Source: an uncultured bacterium (lineage in GTDB: Bacteria; Hydrothermota; Hydrothermia; UBA1063; CAJXJZ01). Taken from it: a DNA stretch of 64,000 nucleotides. The notes under the pieces are model-generated. The model did not search any database. It was not told where the DNA came from and saw only the letters and a program-made list of their open reading frames with translations. Of the stretch, positions 19,926-30,183 are shown in pieces (the stretch's first letter is position 1; each line of letters opens with the position of its first letter). Made by a program: the position numbers and the translations under genes. Where the stretch lies: positions 1,079 to 65,078 of the forward strand of contig CAJXJZ010000005.1 in NCBI GenBank assembly GCA_913055745.1, written 5' to 3'.

Positions 19926-19953
19926 TTTACATTCATTTTTTCTGATTTATACT
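19926..19953 (+). promoter_or_regulatory. Putative sigma-70 promoter of tRNA-Thr
   Basis: tttaca -35 (19926-19931), 16-nt spacer, tatact -10 (19948-19953), about 10 nt before the tRNA 5' end. Confidence 0.35.
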
Positions 19954-19963
19954 ATTTTATATG

Positions 19964-20036
19964 CTGGCGTAGCTCAATCGGCAGAGCAGCGCATTCGTAA
20001 TGCGCAGGTTGGCGGTTCAAGTCCGCCCGCCAGCTT
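19964..20036 (+). tRNA. tRNA-Thr (anticodon CGT). CCA not encoded.
   Basis: Cloverleaf with acceptor gctggcg/cgccagc, anticodon stem gcgca/tgcgc and loop ttCGTaa, and T-loop ggttcaagtcc. Confidence 0.9.
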
Positions 20037-20046
20037 GGAAATTGAT

Positions 20047-21318
20047 ATGCTTATTGAATCTGTTTCTGGTATGAGAGGAGTAATAGGGAAGGACCTTCGC
20101 CCGGATATAATAATAGATAGAGCCCTTCGTTTTGCTAAATATACCAATGGCAAGAAATTCCTACTTGCGAGGGATACAAGAAAATCAGGTGAGGCTATAT
20201 CACAACTTGTAAAAGGCGCTTTATGTTTTTATGGTTTTGATGTCTTTGATGCGGGTATTATTCCAACACCAACCGCATTATTGTACATAAGGGAGCACGA
20301 TTTGGATGGTGGTTTTATTATAACAGCAAGCCACAATCCAAAAGACTACAATGGCATAAAGTTCGTTTTAAGAGATGGCTCATTTCCACTTAATTGGAAT
20401 AAAAATGAATACCCTATATTTTCAGGCGATATGGGAGATGTGCATAAGGTAGAAGATGCAGTGGATTATCACATTAAAAAGGTTCTAAAAAACAACGAGA
20501 AAACCGGTAAAAAACTTAGAATATGTGTGGATACAAACAATGGTGCAGCATATTCCGCACTTTTCCGTCTACTTACGGCTATGGGGCACGATGTAGTAGC
20601 ACTTAATAACGCTCCATCTGGCATATTCGTCCATAATCCAGAGCCCAAAAAAGAACATCTTTTAGAACTTGACTTACTTTTAAAACAAAAAGCGTGCGAC
20701 CTTGGATTTGGCACAGACCCAGATGCAGACAGACTCATAACCGGTATAAGCGAAGTTGGGATCTTAAGTGAGGAATACACACTTCCTCTGGCGATTATTG
20801 GATATGGGAGTGGGGATTATGTTGTTGTAAACTACTCTACTTCCATGTTAAGTGATTATGCTGCAAGAAAGATAGGCGCAAAGATTGTAAAAACAAAGGT
20901 TGGTGAGGCAAATGTGGTATCTAAAATGAAAGAAATAAACGCCCATCTGGGTGGAGAAGGGAATGGCGGTGTTATCTTCTCTCATATAAACTCGGCAAGG
21001 GATTCACTTGTCGGTGCATTCTATATTACAAAACTTGCAGAAAAGGGGATTTTAAAAGATATTGTTTTGTCATTCCCTGTGTATTATCTTGTAAAGGAAA
21101 AGATTAAACTCACAGAACAAATAGACATTTTTAGATTAAAAAGTGCTTTGAATGCTGATTTTATAAGTGAAGAGGATGGACTTTACTTTGAATGGCCTGA
21201 TGCATGGCTTCATGTAAGAAAATCAAACACTGAACCCATTATAAGGATTTATGCAGAAAGTACAGCAGAGGAAAGAGCAAAAGACCTTATAAAAAGAGCC
21301 GTTTCATTATTATCATAA
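20047..21318 (+). CDS. Phosphoglucosamine mutase / phosphomannomutase (alpha-D-phosphohexomutase family)
   Basis: Active-site TASHNPKDYNGIKF and Mg-binding DPDADR loop. The ATG at 20047 is preferred over the TTG at 20035, which overlaps the tRNA 3' end. Confidence 0.85.
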   Translation: MLIESVSGMRGVIGKDLRPDIIIDRALRFAKYTNGKKFLLARDTRKSGEAISQLVKGALCFYGFDVFDAGIIPTPTALLYIREHDLDGGFIITASHNPKDYNGIKFVLRDGSFPLNWNKNEYPIFSGDMGDVHKVEDAVDYHIKKVLKNNEKTGKKLRICVDTNNGAAYSALFRLLTAMGHDVVALNNAPSGIFVHNPEPKKEHLLELDLLLKQKACDLGFGTDPDADRLITGISEVGILSEEYTLPLAIIGYGSGDYVVVNYSTSMLSDYAARKIGAKIVKTKVGEANVVSKMKEINAHLGGEGNGGVIFSHINSARDSLVGAFYITKLAEKGILKDIVLSFPVYYLVKEKIKLTEQIDIFRLKSALNADFISEEDGLYFEWPDAWLHVRKSNTEPIIRIYAESTAEERAKDLIKRAVSLLS

Positions 21319-24300
21319 TGTGGTTTCTGCTATTATTACACCTTTTATCTTCTCAAGTAGATACTACTGGCAACATCCAGGTTTTGGAACAATACCAACT
21401 TTCAGGTGATTTTACAGATTCTGTTTTTATAGATACAAAAGACAATGTGGCAATCTTCGTCCATTATTATAAGGGTATACCCATTGATACATATAACATT
21501 ATGCCACTTGAAAGGTATCTTGACAGTATTCAAACTAAGACTTTAATAGATGATTATCTGAGCATAACCCCTGAAAGTGCCAAAACCACAGGCGCAGGTG
21601 AGGGCCTTATTCCTACCATAGATGTTCCCATAAGGTTCCCAAAGGCATTAAGTTTCCTTGGAGAAGGTGGAAAACTTGATATAAGGGGTTCAGAGAATAT
21701 ACTCATGGGTGGACAATCCACCTATATGCATGACCCATCCATGGGCGCGGATACAGGAAGTTCTTTTCCCACATTGAATCTTGAAAGTTCAATGAATGTC
21801 CTTCTTACAGGCACTGTTGGTAGTAAACTCCATATCACCTTAGATTACGACCAAAAGAGGGAAGACCAGAATAAGAATATCATAAAATTAAACTATACAG
21901 GGGATGAAGACGAGGTTGTACAGAGCATAGAGGCAGGTCAAACGAGTTTTTCCATACAAGGTACCCAGTTTGCGAGTTTTGCTGGAGGGGGAGGAAAATC
22001 CGGGCTCTTTGGTTTAAAGGGCATTTTTAACTTTGGTGGGGTCAATGTTCAGGGTGTTCTTACAAGAGAGACGGCTGAATCTTCTCAAGGAACATTCATA
22101 GGCGGTGCAAGAGAGGATAGCACTGTTCTCTTTGACAGGGACTATTTAAAAAACAAGTTTTTCTACATAGATGAACCTGACTCTATTGTAAGGATTTTTG
22201 TCCTTGTTCATGATGGTTCTGGCGTGCAATCTGGTGAAATTTACCGTTGTGATGCTCGCTATTATGAGCCTGGCACACGGCAGTTTGACAGTACACTCAG
22301 TGAACACACAAAGTTTAAAATCCTTGTGGACCAAACAGATTACTACTTTTATCCCGAAAGCAAGGTCTTAGAACTTAAAAATGCCTTAGAGGAGGGTAAT
22401 ATCTTAGGGGTATCGTATGAGACAGCAAGTGGAAGATGGGTGGGTGATAGCGAGTTTAACCCAGATTCAACAATGAGCATAAGGCTTATAAAACCATCGA
22501 GGTATATGAATAATATTGACAGTTTAAACTCTCGTGCAGATACACTGAGGGCAAGACTGTTTGAACTTGAACTTAAGAATATCTATCCCATTGAGTTTTA
22601 CAGTATGGGAGAAAATCAGGCACTATCCATTGATGATATAACACTTACCATCTATAAAGACTCCCTTGGTTCAAATGTATGGAAATCTGGAGAGGGAGGC
22701 AGGACATACTTACAAATCCTTGGTATTGATAATAATGGTGATGGTAAGATAGACCCAACAGTCACAGTAAATGGCAAATTCGTGCAGGTATTTGACGGAA
22801 TAAGGCATTACCTCATATTCCCTGATGCCCATCCATTCGCATCCGATTCCTTACAGGACCCTGATTCTATAATATACAAGAAACAAGATTTAAGGTCTAA
22901 TGAGGGACAAAAGTACAAACTGGTTTTTAAAATGAAGGCTACATTAAGTAGAACAATAAACCTTGGTCAATCGGATATTGTAGAGGGCTCAGAGGTCGTA
23001 AAGTATAATGGGAAAATACTTCAGAGAAACAGAGACTATACAATAGACTACTCCATGGGTACTATTACACTTCTGGATACCAGCATCTTGAACGACCCCA
23101 ATGCAAAGATAGAGATAAACTATGACTATTCTCCGGTATTTCAATCCAAATCGCGTTCCCTTTATGGCCTTAGGGCAAACTATGGAAATGAAAGATTACG
23201 CTTTGGTGCCACTTTTCTTGGAAGAAGTGAAACACAGGATGTAAAAAGACCACAATTGGGCCAGGAACCTGTGAAAAACATGATAATGGAAGGGGACTTT
23301 CAGATAAACAGAGATTTAAATTTCCTCTCACCTCTTTTACGCAAGATTACCTGGAATTCAGAGGCCAGAGCACCAAATCTAAGACTGCAAGGCGAAGTTG
23401 CCCGTTCAATACCCAATTTAAACACCATTGGATTTGGTTACATTGATGATATGGATAATGCAAAAATATCGCACAGTGTATACCTAAACTATACATACTG
23501 GAAGTATGGTTCAAGGCCCGTATTAGCGGATAAAAGTTATGCCCCTTTAGACCTTCTGTGTGATAAGGTGAACTGGTTCACCTTTACAAATCTCTTTAAA
23601 AAGGGAGATATATACGACAATCTTACAGATGAGGAGGCACGTCAGAGCACCAATGTTCTTGCTATTCGGATAAAACCACATAACAATGATACGGCATCCT
23701 ATGCCTCTTTATCACAACTTTTAGATGACAGAGGTATTTCTATTGATGAAATGGAATACCTTGATGTAGTAGTCCATGGGGATAGAGGCAAGATACATAT
23801 AGACCTTGGTCCATACATTTCTGAGGATGCCATCTGGAGGGATAAAGACGGCAATATAAAAGGGTGGCACCATGATTCTTTATCGGTGATTGATACCGAA
23901 GACAAAAATAACGATGGTCAATGGATTGCAGGGAGCGAAGATACAGGATTGGATGGGGTTTTTGGAAGTGACAGTGCGCAAGTAAAGGGTGATGATGGGA
24001 ATGACGATTTTAAGCCATATAATCCCAAAACAGGCGATTGGTCCCATGTAAATGGCACAGAGCATAATGGCATTTTTGATACAGAAGAATTAAAGGTTGA
24101 TGGAGTGCTTGATACCACCAATGCATATTTTGAGTACACCATAGATTTGTCCGATACGAACTCTCCTTATCTCAAATCCATTAACAAAAACGGTTTTAGA
24201 CATTACCTTATTCCACTAAAAGACCCTTCCATTTATAGAAAAGTAGGGAGCCCTGATTTTGAAAACATAAGGATAGCAAGGATATGGATAAATGGTATAA

Positions 24301-26891
24301 GTTCTGAAAGAACCTATTACTTTGCCAATATTGAACTTGTAGGTTCTAAGTGGCAGAAAATTGGTATATTTTCACGAGATAGCACCTTTCCTGTGGACAG
24401 CACAGAAAAAATAGGTGTAAGGACTGTAAGTGTTAAGGAAGACCCAACTTATACAACGCCCAAAGGCGTAAACTTAGAAAGGGATCCTTTAACAGGAGAA
24501 CTTGAGATAGAACGCTCTCTTGGTGTATCATACACAAATCTTAAAGAAAAGCATTACGCTGTAATAAGACTATATACAGAAAACACACAGGACCTATTGG
24601 GATACAAAAACCTACATTTCTTTGTTAAGCCCTCTCATGCCACATCGCCTCCTTATCCAAATCTTTGGATAAGGGTTGGAGATACAGTCAATTATTACGA
24701 GTATAGAGTAAAAATAACGAACTCGGATTGGGTTGATGTCAATATTCCCCTTGACTCTATAACAAGATACAGAATGTATGTTCAGGATAGTCTCGGCGCA
24801 GCATTTAGCGCAGATTCTGTTTATTTTAACGGTAAGTTTGGATTTAAGGGAACACCGAACCTGCGCTCTGTACGGAATTATGATTTTATCATTGAAAACG
24901 ATACCCCCTCTTCTCTAAATGGAGAGTTATGGATTGATGAGTTGAGGCTCTCAAGCCCACGAAATGAGATTGGAACAGCATATTCCTTTCGCGGTTCAAT
25001 GCAGTTTGGCTCACTACTTTCACTAAGTTACAACCTGACATATAAGGGAGAATCTTTTAAGAGTTTTTCCCAATCCCTATCACAGTTTGGAAATAGCACA
25101 AAGAGTTTAAATTATCAACTTTCCTTCAAGCCATCACTCTTTTTACCCCCTGACTTTGGTATAAACATAGATGCCTCCTATTCACATGCCTTTTCTGTTA
25201 CCCTGCCCAGATACAAGCCCAATACAGATATAATCTTAGATGAACAACAAAAAAAGAAGAACCAATCCGTGAATATATCGGATAGGTACAGTTTAAGATA
25301 CTCCAAAAGCCGATCAAAGAATAAATTACTCAACATATTCCTTGATCCATTTACCTTTTCTGCGTCAAAGACAAAAAGTAATCGTACATCACCAACAGCC
25401 AGAGGTCATAACCTATCAAATGCTATTACGGCAGGATATACCTATTCACCACATCTTAGTTTCAAACTCTTTGGCCACACTATTAACCTACTTCCAACAA
25501 GTATTTCACTTGGTTCTTCCTATGCATACAACTATTCTATAAACAACGACCTTTTTTCCAATATAACGAGAAAAGACAGCAATAAAGCACTTAGCCTGAA
25601 CTACGGGATTAATTTAAGCCCCCTCTCCTCTATAACAGCGAGATTAACAAAAAGCATCGCACGAGATCTTTACTGGGACAGCATAAGCGCTAAAAAATAT
25701 GGGCACATAAGCCAGATAACTCAAAACTTTAGTCTCTCTTATGGTGTTGAACTACTTAAAATAGCACGGCCAAACATCTCATTCAATTCATCATTTAGCC
25801 AGAGGTTTGACAAAAACCTACAGAGTGATACCATAAAAGATGTAAGTAATATTACAAACAATGCCAATATAACTATACAATCAAACCTTTATATAGGAAA
25901 GATGATAGGTTGGATTTTGGGAGAGGGTGAACAAAAAAAGAACGATACGATACTTTCTCCTGGATCTTACATTCTCTCTCAACTCCGTAAAATCGGAGGA
26001 TACATGACCCCACCAAACCTAAGTTATAATATACAAAAAGGGTCCAATTATCAGTACATAGTTGGTAATATCAGTAGAAAGTATCAATTTGGTCTTGAAT
26101 TTGACCCTAAGGTCAGCACCCTTATGGAAAATAGGGCGACATCAAGCAAGCGATATGCACTTAATTTAAATGAGGGTTTCAATCTACCTATTGGTAATCT
26201 ACATTTATCCTACAGCTTTAACAAAAACAAAAGCCATACCTACGGTCAGGAACAAACAACAAAACAGACCACATGGCCCAATATTACATTTAGTTTAAGT
26301 TCAGGATTTTTAAATCCCATTGTCAAAAATGGGAATATAATAAGCAATCCTTCCTTGAGTATATCCTATAACTTAAAAAAAGAGGAACAGGGCGCAGAGA
26401 AAGATACAACCCCAAGAACCACATCAAGGGCCCTGACCCTTACCCCACAAGTGTCCCTTACGCTTTTTAAAAAGGTTCATTTCAATGCCAATTATAACCT
26501 TAGTTCTCAGAGGGATACATCACATATAGGCACGCCACAAGAGACACATACCGTGCAAAACGGCATTACATCATCCCTCTCTTATGCCACAAGGCTCCCA
26601 CAAGGAATAAAGATCCCAGGCCTTGGACGTATAAGAATGACCAATGAGATAACTATTACCCTGTCCTATTCATTAAACAAAAACAAATCTAATAGAACCA
26701 ACATAGAAACCAATGAGACGGTCCCTATTACAGAAAATGTTACATCCACACTCAATTTATCAGCGAGTTATAATTTTTCAAGGGACATCACAGGCACCCT
26801 TACATTTTCAAGAAGCGGTAATAACGATAAACTTCACCAAAGAAGCACCAGGAGTACAAGTTTAAACGCAAAGGCAACCTTTAGGTTCTGA
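21318..26891 (+). CDS. Giant (1857 aa) outer-membrane beta-barrel protein, a candidate SprA/Sov-like type IX secretion translocon
   Basis: Signal peptide. The C-terminal half shows amphipathic beta-strand periodicity and ends in an aromatic OMP signature (...KATFRF). The size and barrel length are unlike BamA, LptD or autotransporters. The start overlaps the upstream stop (taATG). Confidence 0.55.
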   Translation: MWFLLLLHLLSSQVDTTGNIQVLEQYQLSGDFTDSVFIDTKDNVAIFVHYYKGIPIDTYNIMPLERYLDSIQTKTLIDDYLSITPESAKTTGAGEGLIPTIDVPIRFPKALSFLGEGGKLDIRGSENILMGGQSTYMHDPSMGADTGSSFPTLNLESSMNVLLTGTVGSKLHITLDYDQKREDQNKNIIKLNYTGDEDEVVQSIEAGQTSFSIQGTQFASFAGGGGKSGLFGLKGIFNFGGVNVQGVLTRETAESSQGTFIGGAREDSTVLFDRDYLKNKFFYIDEPDSIVRIFVLVHDGSGVQSGEIYRCDARYYEPGTRQFDSTLSEHTKFKILVDQTDYYFYPESKVLELKNALEEGNILGVSYETASGRWVGDSEFNPDSTMSIRLIKPSRYMNNIDSLNSRADTLRARLFELELKNIYPIEFYSMGENQALSIDDITLTIYKDSLGSNVWKSGEGGRTYLQILGIDNNGDGKIDPTVTVNGKFVQVFDGIRHYLIFPDAHPFASDSLQDPDSIIYKKQDLRSNEGQKYKLVFKMKATLSRTINLGQSDIVEGSEVVKYNGKILQRNRDYTIDYSMGTITLLDTSILNDPNAKIEINYDYSPVFQSKSRSLYGLRANYGNERLRFGATFLGRSETQDVKRPQLGQEPVKNMIMEGDFQINRDLNFLSPLLRKITWNSEARAPNLRLQGEVARSIPNLNTIGFGYIDDMDNAKISHSVYLNYTYWKYGSRPVLADKSYAPLDLLCDKVNWFTFTNLFKKGDIYDNLTDEEARQSTNVLAIRIKPHNNDTASYASLSQLLDDRGISIDEMEYLDVVVHGDRGKIHIDLGPYISEDAIWRDKDGNIKGWHHDSLSVIDTEDKNNDGQWIAGSEDTGLDGVFGSDSAQVKGDDGNDDFKPYNPKTGDWSHVNGTEHNGIFDTEELKVDGVLDTTNAYFEYTIDLSDTNSPYLKSINKNGFRHYLIPLKDPSIYRKVGSPDFENIRIARIWINGISSERTYYFANIELVGSKWQKIGIFSRDSTFPVDSTEKIGVRTVSVKEDPTYTTPKGVNLERDPLTGELEIERSLGVSYTNLKEKHYAVIRLYTENTQDLLGYKNLHFFVKPSHATSPPYPNLWIRVGDTVNYYEYRVKITNSDWVDVNIPLDSITRYRMYVQDSLGAAFSADSVYFNGKFGFKGTPNLRSVRNYDFIIENDTPSSLNGELWIDELRLSSPRNEIGTAYSFRGSMQFGSLLSLSYNLTYKGESFKSFSQSLSQFGNSTKSLNYQLSFKPSLFLPPDFGINIDASYSHAFSVTLPRYKPNTDIILDEQQKKKNQSVNISDRYSLRYSKSRSKNKLLNIFLDPFTFSASKTKSNRTSPTARGHNLSNAITAGYTYSPHLSFKLFGHTINLLPTSISLGSSYAYNYSINNDLFSNITRKDSNKALSLNYGINLSPLSSITARLTKSIARDLYWDSISAKKYGHISQITQNFSLSYGVELLKIARPNISFNSSFSQRFDKNLQSDTIKDVSNITNNANITIQSNLYIGKMIGWILGEGEQKKNDTILSPGSYILSQLRKIGGYMTPPNLSYNIQKGSNYQYIVGNISRKYQFGLEFDPKVSTLMENRATSSKRYALNLNEGFNLPIGNLHLSYSFNKNKSHTYGQEQTTKQTTWPNITFSLSSGFLNPIVKNGNIISNPSLSISYNLKKEEQGAEKDTTPRTTSRALTLTPQVSLTLFKKVHFNANYNLSSQRDTSHIGTPQETHTVQNGITSSLSYATRLPQGIKIPGLGRIRMTNEITITLSYSLNKNKSNRTNIETNETVPITENVTSTLNLSASYNFSRDITGTLTFSRSGNNDKLHQRSTRSTSLNAKATFRF

Positions 26892-26893
26892 AT

Positions 26894-27274
26894 ATGCTCT
26901 ATAGACTGCAGAAAGAGGTTCTTGTAGCGTTCTTTATACTTATATCCGCTTACCCTTCATACAGAACATACAAAAAATACCAAAATCATGTTAAAAAGTC
27001 GGCCCAACGAACAGACAGCATATCAAAAAAACTCGTAAATACACTTATAAAAGAGGATTCAGCACACACAGAGAACAAAACTAAGTTTAATCTCAATGAT
27101 GTATCTTGGGAGGCACTTATGCTAATTCCGGGTATTGGAGAGGGGACCGCAAAGAAAATCATAACCTATAGAATGAAAAACGGTAAGTTTAAAAGATTAG
27201 AGGACATTTTAAACATAAAAGGCATAGGCAAGAAAACCTATATGAAACTCAAGCCCTATGTATATGTAAAATAA
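26894..27274 (+). CDS. ComEA-like helix-hairpin-helix DNA-binding protein
   Basis: N-terminal TM anchor. Tandem HhH motifs (LIPGIGEGTAKKI...IKGIGKKTYMKL). Confidence 0.8.
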   Translation: MLYRLQKEVLVAFFILISAYPSYRTYKKYQNHVKKSAQRTDSISKKLVNTLIKEDSAHTENKTKFNLNDVSWEALMLIPGIGEGTAKKIITYRMKNGKFKRLEDILNIKGIGKKTYMKLKPYVYVK

Positions 27275-27278
27275 GTCG

Positions 27279-28601
27279 CTATTTTATTTTAAGGTATTTA
27301 AAGTTCCCCTTTTGGGATTTAATGAAGTAAATACCCCTTTTTATGTTATTTGTGTCCATAGAACCTGTTTTTCCAATCTTCCTTCCGAATGCATCAAATA
27401 TATCACATCCCATGCACATCTTTGAGGCCTCATCCAATGACGAAAATATATACGTCTTTTGTTTTTTCTCCATCCTTTTATTATGTTCTGTTATATTTAA
27501 GAATCTAATATCCTGTGAATCCCTTGGCTCAATCTTAAAATCTCCATAAGTAAATGTAATAACCCCTAAGATAGAATAATGCCCACCAACCTGGGGCATG
27601 TAATCTACACCCATATTATCCACATGAAGGAATGTATCCTTTTGTGTTGACCTATACCTGTAATTTATCTCCCATTCACCGTATCCTAAACTATCGTTTA
27701 TGCATTCTGCATCAGTGAGGTGTACATATACGCCCTCATGGTCTTCAGTAATGGTATCCTGTGGAGTAAGTTCAATTGGTGATGGCAGGGGATGTCCTGT
27801 TTGTAAGACTTGGACGTCAAAGACATTACTCAACTGTGTATTACCATAGTATTCTGCAACCCTCCCTTTTACAAGAACGCTGTCTCCTATGTGCACAGCA
27901 GGGGATGACGCACTCCCTCTATAGACATATAAACCTTTACGCAATCCACCTGGATATTCTTCTATGAAGAAATTATTGCCAAATGTAGCAGTAACAATAC
28001 CACTTGTTTTAACCAATGAGTCCTCATATGGAGAAGAGGTGAGGAGTCCCTGTATATCTGATATTGGATGATACGGTGGATCGGGTGCAGGTCCAAGGTC
28101 TTGTAAGGATAAACTGTCTACCCAAAATACGGCGCTATCTCCTGCTTGCCATGAGCCATTATCATAGAGCCTTATTTCAACATGTAGGGTCTCAGCATTT
28201 TGTGGGCATATAAAGGTATCTGTCTTTAAAAGTTGCCATGTGCTTCCATCATCAGAATAAGATGTGTAAAAGTACGCCACTTGATTGCCTTCTCCATCGT
28301 AAAACCTTAAATACCCCCTAAGTTTTCCCATAGTATCGTTGTCTAAGACATGTAATGTATAGATGTACATATTACCTGGTGTTATAGGATATACCAACTG
28401 GGTGAGTCTCTGTGTGACATCGGACCTTAAAACAAATTTAGCAGAATAATTACCCGAATAAACCTGGAGAGAATCCTGATAAAGTTGATAACTGGATGTT
28501 TCCTTGATCCAACCCTCAGGTAAGTAGTTTACCCAGTTTTCAAAATCTCCATTTAAAAGGAGTTCTGTTTGGCCTATAAACAGTAAAGTGATTAAGAACA
28601 T
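27279..28601 (-). CDS. Secreted protein with CBM-like N-terminal domain, extracellular-nuclease(NucH/ExeM)-type OB-fold repeats and a T9SS C-terminal sorting domain. No catalytic domain recognised.
   Basis: Signal peptide. ISDIQG...SP..V.TSGIVTA.FGNNFFIEE and VHIGDSVLVKGRVAEYYGNTQL blocks. C-terminal IFDAFGRKIG...RGIYFIKSQKGNFKYLKIK fits the CTD. Confidence 0.65.
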   Translation of the reverse strand: MFLITLLFIGQTELLLNGDFENWVNYLPEGWIKETSSYQLYQDSLQVYSGNYSAKFVLRSDVTQRLTQLVYPITPGNMYIYTLHVLDNDTMGKLRGYLRFYDGEGNQVAYFYTSYSDDGSTWQLLKTDTFICPQNAETLHVEIRLYDNGSWQAGDSAVFWVDSLSLQDLGPAPDPPYHPISDIQGLLTSSPYEDSLVKTSGIVTATFGNNFFIEEYPGGLRKGLYVYRGSASSPAVHIGDSVLVKGRVAEYYGNTQLSNVFDVQVLQTGHPLPSPIELTPQDTITEDHEGVYVHLTDAECINDSLGYGEWEINYRYRSTQKDTFLHVDNMGVDYMPQVGGHYSILGVITFTYGDFKIEPRDSQDIRFLNITEHNKRMEKKQKTYIFSSLDEASKMCMGCDIFDAFGRKIGKTGSMDTNNIKRGIYFIKSQKGNFKYLKIK

Positions 28602-28689
28602 CTCCTCCCCCTTTTTATGAAAAGTATAATACGCCTTTTATGTAAAAGCAAGTTTCAAGACCGAGGCTATTGCTGTATATTATTTTATA

Positions 28690-30183
28690 ATGAAGAGAAA
28701 AATCATTGCATGCCTTGCTATTTTCTCCCTTTTCCTTGCATATATCTATACATATTACCTCGTACACAAGAGCACAAAGATGCTTATAAAACGAGATACC
28801 CAGATGCTATCGGGTATCCTGTATTCTACCAATATAGTTCTTTTAGATGTAGAACAGCATATAGAGCAAAAATATGCAGATATACTCTATAATGCTGCCA
28901 TCTCCCTTGAAAAAGGTAGAAATGAATACATAAGTGATCTGGACATTGCTTACTATTTTAATGGCAAAAAAACGCATGTACTCAAAGGTAAAAGATTCTT
29001 AAAAGACATTAAAGGGTGTACTGATACCTTGAAGGAACTCCCAAAAGCCTTAGAATGTAAAGGTTTTTATCTCTACATCTATCCAAAAACACAGGGGACA
29101 TTGGTGGTAGGTGTATCAAAAAAACGAGTGGAGGAGGAAAAAACCGCATTGGGGCTAAATAGATTCTTTAATGAACTCTCAAGAGTAGGATTCTTCTTTT
29201 ATGTATCCTTAGAGGATTTAAACGGTGTTGCATACTCAACCATTGACAAAAGGATATTTACACCACTTAAAGAAGATAGCATGCTCTTATCTGTTTATAT
29301 TGAAGGGAAGGAGGAGATGAGAATAATCAACATACTGGGCAAAAAGGTTATAGAGGATGTTATTCCCTTCTCATATGGGAGTTTTAGGGGGATTATGCGT
29401 GTTGGCATTGATGGCACGGGTTATTTTTCCACAGAAAGGAAAATGCTCCTGGAGATAGGACTTTTATATATCATATTGTTTTTATCGCTACTTTTCTCGT
29501 ACAAATACATAGAAAGGGCAAAAAAGGCGGAAAAAGGTTATGAAACCGCAAAAAAAGACATGGAAAAAAGGATAATGGAGTATGAGGCATTGGGAAGGGT
29601 TATAGGCGAGGTATCTCATGCCATTAAAAACCCATTAAACGGCATAGGTCTAATTGTTCAAAGCCTTAACATGGAGGAATCTAAAAAGGAGTATGAGGAC
29701 ATATTAAGAGAGGTAAAAAGGATAGAAGAAGAGCTTAATAGGTTTGTTTTACTTATTGCACCAGTACGTCTTTCAAAAAGTTGCCATTCTCAAAAAGAGA
29801 TAATTAAAGAGGTTATAGCATCCCTTGGCTTAAAAGAAGGAGAAAACATAAAAGTGGAAGGCGATGTATCACTTGAATGTGACAGAAACAAAATCTTTGA
29901 GACATACACAAATATTATAAAAAACGCCATTGAAGCAAAAGCGGATATGATAAGGGTATACATAAGTGATAAAGACATTGTTTTCAAAAATAGAGGGAAG
30001 ATACCCAAAGAGGTAATTGATAAGATATTTGAACCGTTTTTTACCACAAAGAACAAAGGAAGCGGCATTGGCATGTATTATGTCAAGAAGATCACAGAGG
30101 CACATGGATGGAAGGTAAGTGTAATAAATACAAAGGAAGATGTGGAGGTGAAAATTGAGTTCAGTAAACATTCTCGTTGTTGA
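28690..30183 (+). CDS. Membrane sensor histidine kinase
   Basis: Two TM segments flank a periplasmic domain. H-box EVSHAIKNPLNGI. HATPase_c G-boxes (GSGIGMYYVKKI). Confidence 0.75.
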   Translation: MKRKIIACLAIFSLFLAYIYTYYLVHKSTKMLIKRDTQMLSGILYSTNIVLLDVEQHIEQKYADILYNAAISLEKGRNEYISDLDIAYYFNGKKTHVLKGKRFLKDIKGCTDTLKELPKALECKGFYLYIYPKTQGTLVVGVSKKRVEEEKTALGLNRFFNELSRVGFFFYVSLEDLNGVAYSTIDKRIFTPLKEDSMLLSVYIEGKEEMRIINILGKKVIEDVIPFSYGSFRGIMRVGIDGTGYFSTERKMLLEIGLLYIILFLSLLFSYKYIERAKKAEKGYETAKKDMEKRIMEYEALGRVIGEVSHAIKNPLNGIGLIVQSLNMEESKKEYEDILREVKRIEEELNRFVLLIAPVRLSKSCHSQKEIIKEVIASLGLKEGENIKVEGDVSLECDRNKIFETYTNIIKNAIEAKADMIRVYISDKDIVFKNRGKIPKEVIDKIFEPFFTTKNKGSGIGMYYVKKITEAHGWKVSVINTKEDVEVKIEFSKHSRC

